Source of the DNA: an uncultured virus (IMG/VR IMGVR_UViG_3300046359_000084) | Taxonomy: Duplodnaviria; Heunggongvirae; Uroviricota; Caudoviricetes; Schitoviridae | Strand: one strand, 5' to 3' | Length of the DNA stretch: 20,000 nucleotides | Virus record (IMG/VR): IMGVR_UViG_3300046359_000084 | Shown: positions 17,675-20,000 of the stretch, in pieces | Position numbering within the stretch: position 1 is the stretch's first letter | Layout: every line of letters starts with the position of its first letter | The notes under the pieces: generated by a model | Database searches by the model: none | Told to the model about the DNA's origin: nothing | The model's input: the letters and a program-made list of their open reading frames with translations, nothing else | Translations under genes and position numbers: made by a program

Positions 17675-18355
17675 ATGACTGCTATTGTTGCATCAACTAT
17701 TACTACTATAACAAATCCTGTTAGTAACCCTATTACAATTACTAATGCTGCATTGACAACTAAGATACCTGTAGAATCAGGTATCTTTGATGAGTTAATG
17801 ACATCTGTTAGAGAACATCTTGAAACACAGTATGACAAAGATAGAATTACTGGAGAAGAGTTTGGTAAGCTATATGTTACTGCAATGGGTCAAGCAATGC
17901 AAACAGCAGTTTCTTTTTTATTAGGGAGAGAAACTGCTAATTTACAAAATCTGTTATTAAAAGAACAGATTTATACAGCACAGTTAGAAAATGGTCGTAA
18001 GATTGAAGAGGTGTTTACACAACAAAAACAACAATCATTAATAGATAAACAATTAGATCTATATGATGAACAGATTGATTCTGAAAGAGCTAAGACTAAA
18101 AATACATTAGCTGGTGGAGGTACTATTGCTGGTACAATAGCTGTTGATAAACAAATTAAAGAAGCTCAAAAAGTAGTATATGAACAACAATCTGCATCAT
18201 TTATATTAGATGGTAAATATAAGACTGCACAGTTATATTCTTCTGCACATATTGCCTTTAAAGCACAAGATGAAGGATTAGCTGCAATTACACAGTTTGA
18301 GAATACAACAGTTAATAATGTTATGTCTTCATTAAAAACAGCATCAGGATTATAA
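17675..18355 (+). CDS. N4 gp54-like virion protein (probable tail tube)
   Basis: SGIFDELMTSVREHL, RITGEEFGKLY, AVSFLL and SERAKT motifs. GAGG RBS. Synteny. Confidence 0.85.
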   Translation: MTAIVASTITTITNPVSNPITITNAALTTKIPVESGIFDELMTSVREHLETQYDKDRITGEEFGKLYVTAMGQAMQTAVSFLLGRETANLQNLLLKEQIYTAQLENGRKIEEVFTQQKQQSLIDKQLDLYDEQIDSERAKTKNTLAGGGTIAGTIAVDKQIKEAQKVVYEQQSASFILDGKYKTAQLYSSAHIAFKAQDEGLAAITQFENTTVNNVMSSLKTASGL

Positions 18356-18356
18356 T

Positions 18357-20000
18357 GTGGGTTGGAATCCTTTTAAAAAATTATTTGGTACTAAAAAGAC
18401 TACTGTAGTATCTTCTACGATTTACAGTATGGCAGGAGGATATGAAGATAAAGATAATATTATTTCTTCTTTAATTCTTAATAACGTATTAAAGAATACA
18501 AATAACATAGCAGAAGATATTACAAACTCAGTTTTATATGGTCCTCATTACGATACTAAAAATTATTTAAAATGGTGCAATAAAACAAATTATAGAGGTA
18601 ATTTAATTACTAATGTGTTTAGACAAATACCTATTGAAAGTGATGTTGTTGAGCCATTTTTAAATACTCCAAGTGGTAAGATTGTCAATGTAATGAAAAC
18701 TTATATTGATACAGCTGATATAACTTTGTTTGCTGATGAATGGTTAGTTAATAATGATCCAGCAAGAAGATTTACTAATTGGGTAGCAGAGTTTTTTACA
18801 AATACATTTATTAAAATTACGTTTGAAGATTTATCAACACAAATTGTAGCATTACCTATTACTTATGATAGTGAGAATAATTATTTAGTTTGTTATTATA
18901 AAGTTTATGATCCAGGGACAGAAGATGCTTTAATAGAAGGTGCTACTGTAACTGATCCAGTATTACCAGATACTACAGAATATACGTTAGTATCAGATAC
19001 GGATCTTACACCAGTTAATGTTAGTTTAGATACAACAGTAGTTGTGTTAAGAGAATTTAGTAATTCTGATCCAGATACAACAACAAGTAGTACAACTTCT
19101 CATACAGAAGTTTTTACAGGCAATATAACTATTAAAAATAAAATAGAATATTTAGGGTTAATGACAGATACAACAACTTTATACATAGAACACACTTATA
19201 CACAAAATACAATTTATGTAATTGAAGAAAATATTGATGTAGATGTAAATATTATTGATCACGGTTCATACACAGAAACTATAACAACTACTACTACAAC
19301 AGAGATATTAACTGAAACTTATGAAACAAAGTTTGATGAACAAACATTTTATAATAATGTATTTATATCAGAGAATGTATTTATTTATCGTATTGGTTCA
19401 GGAGAAACTGAATTAGATACTTTAATGGATAGTGTAGCTCTTGGTTCAGAATTTTATCCTATCATGCCTTTAAGACTTAATAATACTAGCATAAAAGATT
19501 TACCAGATACAACAATTTATGATCAAGTTAAAAAAGCATATAAAAAACTTACTAGGGACTTAGAAATAGATGAATTATTGACTCAGATAGCAGATAATCC
19601 ACGAATAGGTGATATTGATTATGTTTTTATACATTCAGGCATTCCATTAAATACTACATCAAAATATGAATTAAGATATGTGTATGAATTTTTAAAAGGT
19701 TTAATTTCATACCAAAATTTTAATGAAACAGATTATACAGCATGGAGTAATTCCATGGATAGTAGTATTGATTTTAATGATTTTTACGCTTTATGGGTAG
19801 CTGCCCAAAGTAATCCAAGTGATATTTTATATGGTACACCTAGACCACATAATCCACCTTTGTCAAATAAAACACAGACACAAGTTACTACTCCAGTCAT
19901 AAATAAACTTATACTAAAGACAAATAAAACATTTACAGATAATTTCTATATGCAATTATCTTGGTTCAATATATCTGAAACTTTATATACAGGAATAGGT
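18357..20000 (+). CDS. N4 gp53-like virion protein, partial (runs off right edge)
   Basis: Absent from the ORF track. GTG at 18357 with AGGA RBS at 18346-18349 opens MGWNPFKKLFGTKKTTVVSSTIYSMAG, and I found no in-frame stop before the window end. Motifs FIYRIGSG, EFYPIMPLRLNN and DNPRIGDIDYVF. Confidence 0.85.
   Translation, partial: MGWNPFKKLFGTKKTTVVSSTIYSMAGGYEDKDNIISSLILNNVLKNTNNIAEDITNSVLYGPHYDTKNYLKWCNKTNYRGNLITNVFRQIPIESDVVEPFLNTPSGKIVNVMKTYIDTADITLFADEWLVNNDPARRFTNWVAEFFTNTFIKITFEDLSTQIVALPITYDSENNYLVCYYKVYDPGTEDALIEGATVTDPVLPDTTEYTLVSDTDLTPVNVSLDTTVVVLREFSNSDPDTTTSSTTSHTEVFTGNITIKNKIEYLGLMTDTTTLYIEHTYTQNTIYVIEENIDVDVNIIDHGSYTETITTTTTTEILTETYETKFDEQTFYNNVFISENVFIYRIGSGETELDTLMDSVALGSEFYPIMPLRLNNTSIKDLPDTTIYDQVKKAYKKLTRDLEIDELLTQIADNPRIGDIDYVFIHSGIPLNTTSKYELRYVYEFLKGLISYQNFNETDYTAWSNSMDSSIDFNDFYALWVAAQSNPSDILYGTPRPHNPPLSNKTQTQVTTPVINKLILKTNKTFTDNFYMQLSWFNISETLYTGIG

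Noticed and set aside
18355..18408. ATG overlapping the gp54 stop (TAATG) as the start of the next gene
   Set aside because: This frame closes after 17 codons. The long gp53-like frame starts at GTG 18357 with a suitably spaced RBS, so no frameshift is needed.
19030..19330. Thr-rich aca/act runs in the gp53-like gene
   Set aside because: This is low-complexity coding sequence with no discrete repeat unit.
1..20000. Stop-codon reassignment, introns or inteins, CRISPR array, tRNA, DGR
   Set aside because: Core genes are full-length in the standard code and densely packed. I saw no spaced repeats, cloverleaf, reverse transcriptase or adenine-variant repeat pair.

Overview
This window is the packaging, virion-structure and lysis module of a very AT-rich N4-like (Schitoviridae-type) podophage. 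Plus-strand order: gp69-like, large terminase (gp68), gp67-like head-tail adaptor, a ~7.1 kb accessory appendage cassette, TIGR02594-type endolysin, probable holin, short gp66-like appendage protein, portal (gp59), gp58-like, gp57-like scaffold, major capsid (gp56), gp55, gp54 and a gp53-like gene running off the right edge. Two small hypothetical genes are transcribed divergently at the left edge from a near-consensus sigma70 promoter. The most unusual part is the cassette at 3559-10693. It reads as a chain of small adaptor proteins with terminal motifs, followed by two large LamG/FN3-type proteins with the same N-terminal peptide and an SGNH esterase-cadherin-Ig-FN3 protein. This suggests a modular, possibly branched head or tail fibre system. 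All family assignments come from motif recognition and gene order, not from database searches.
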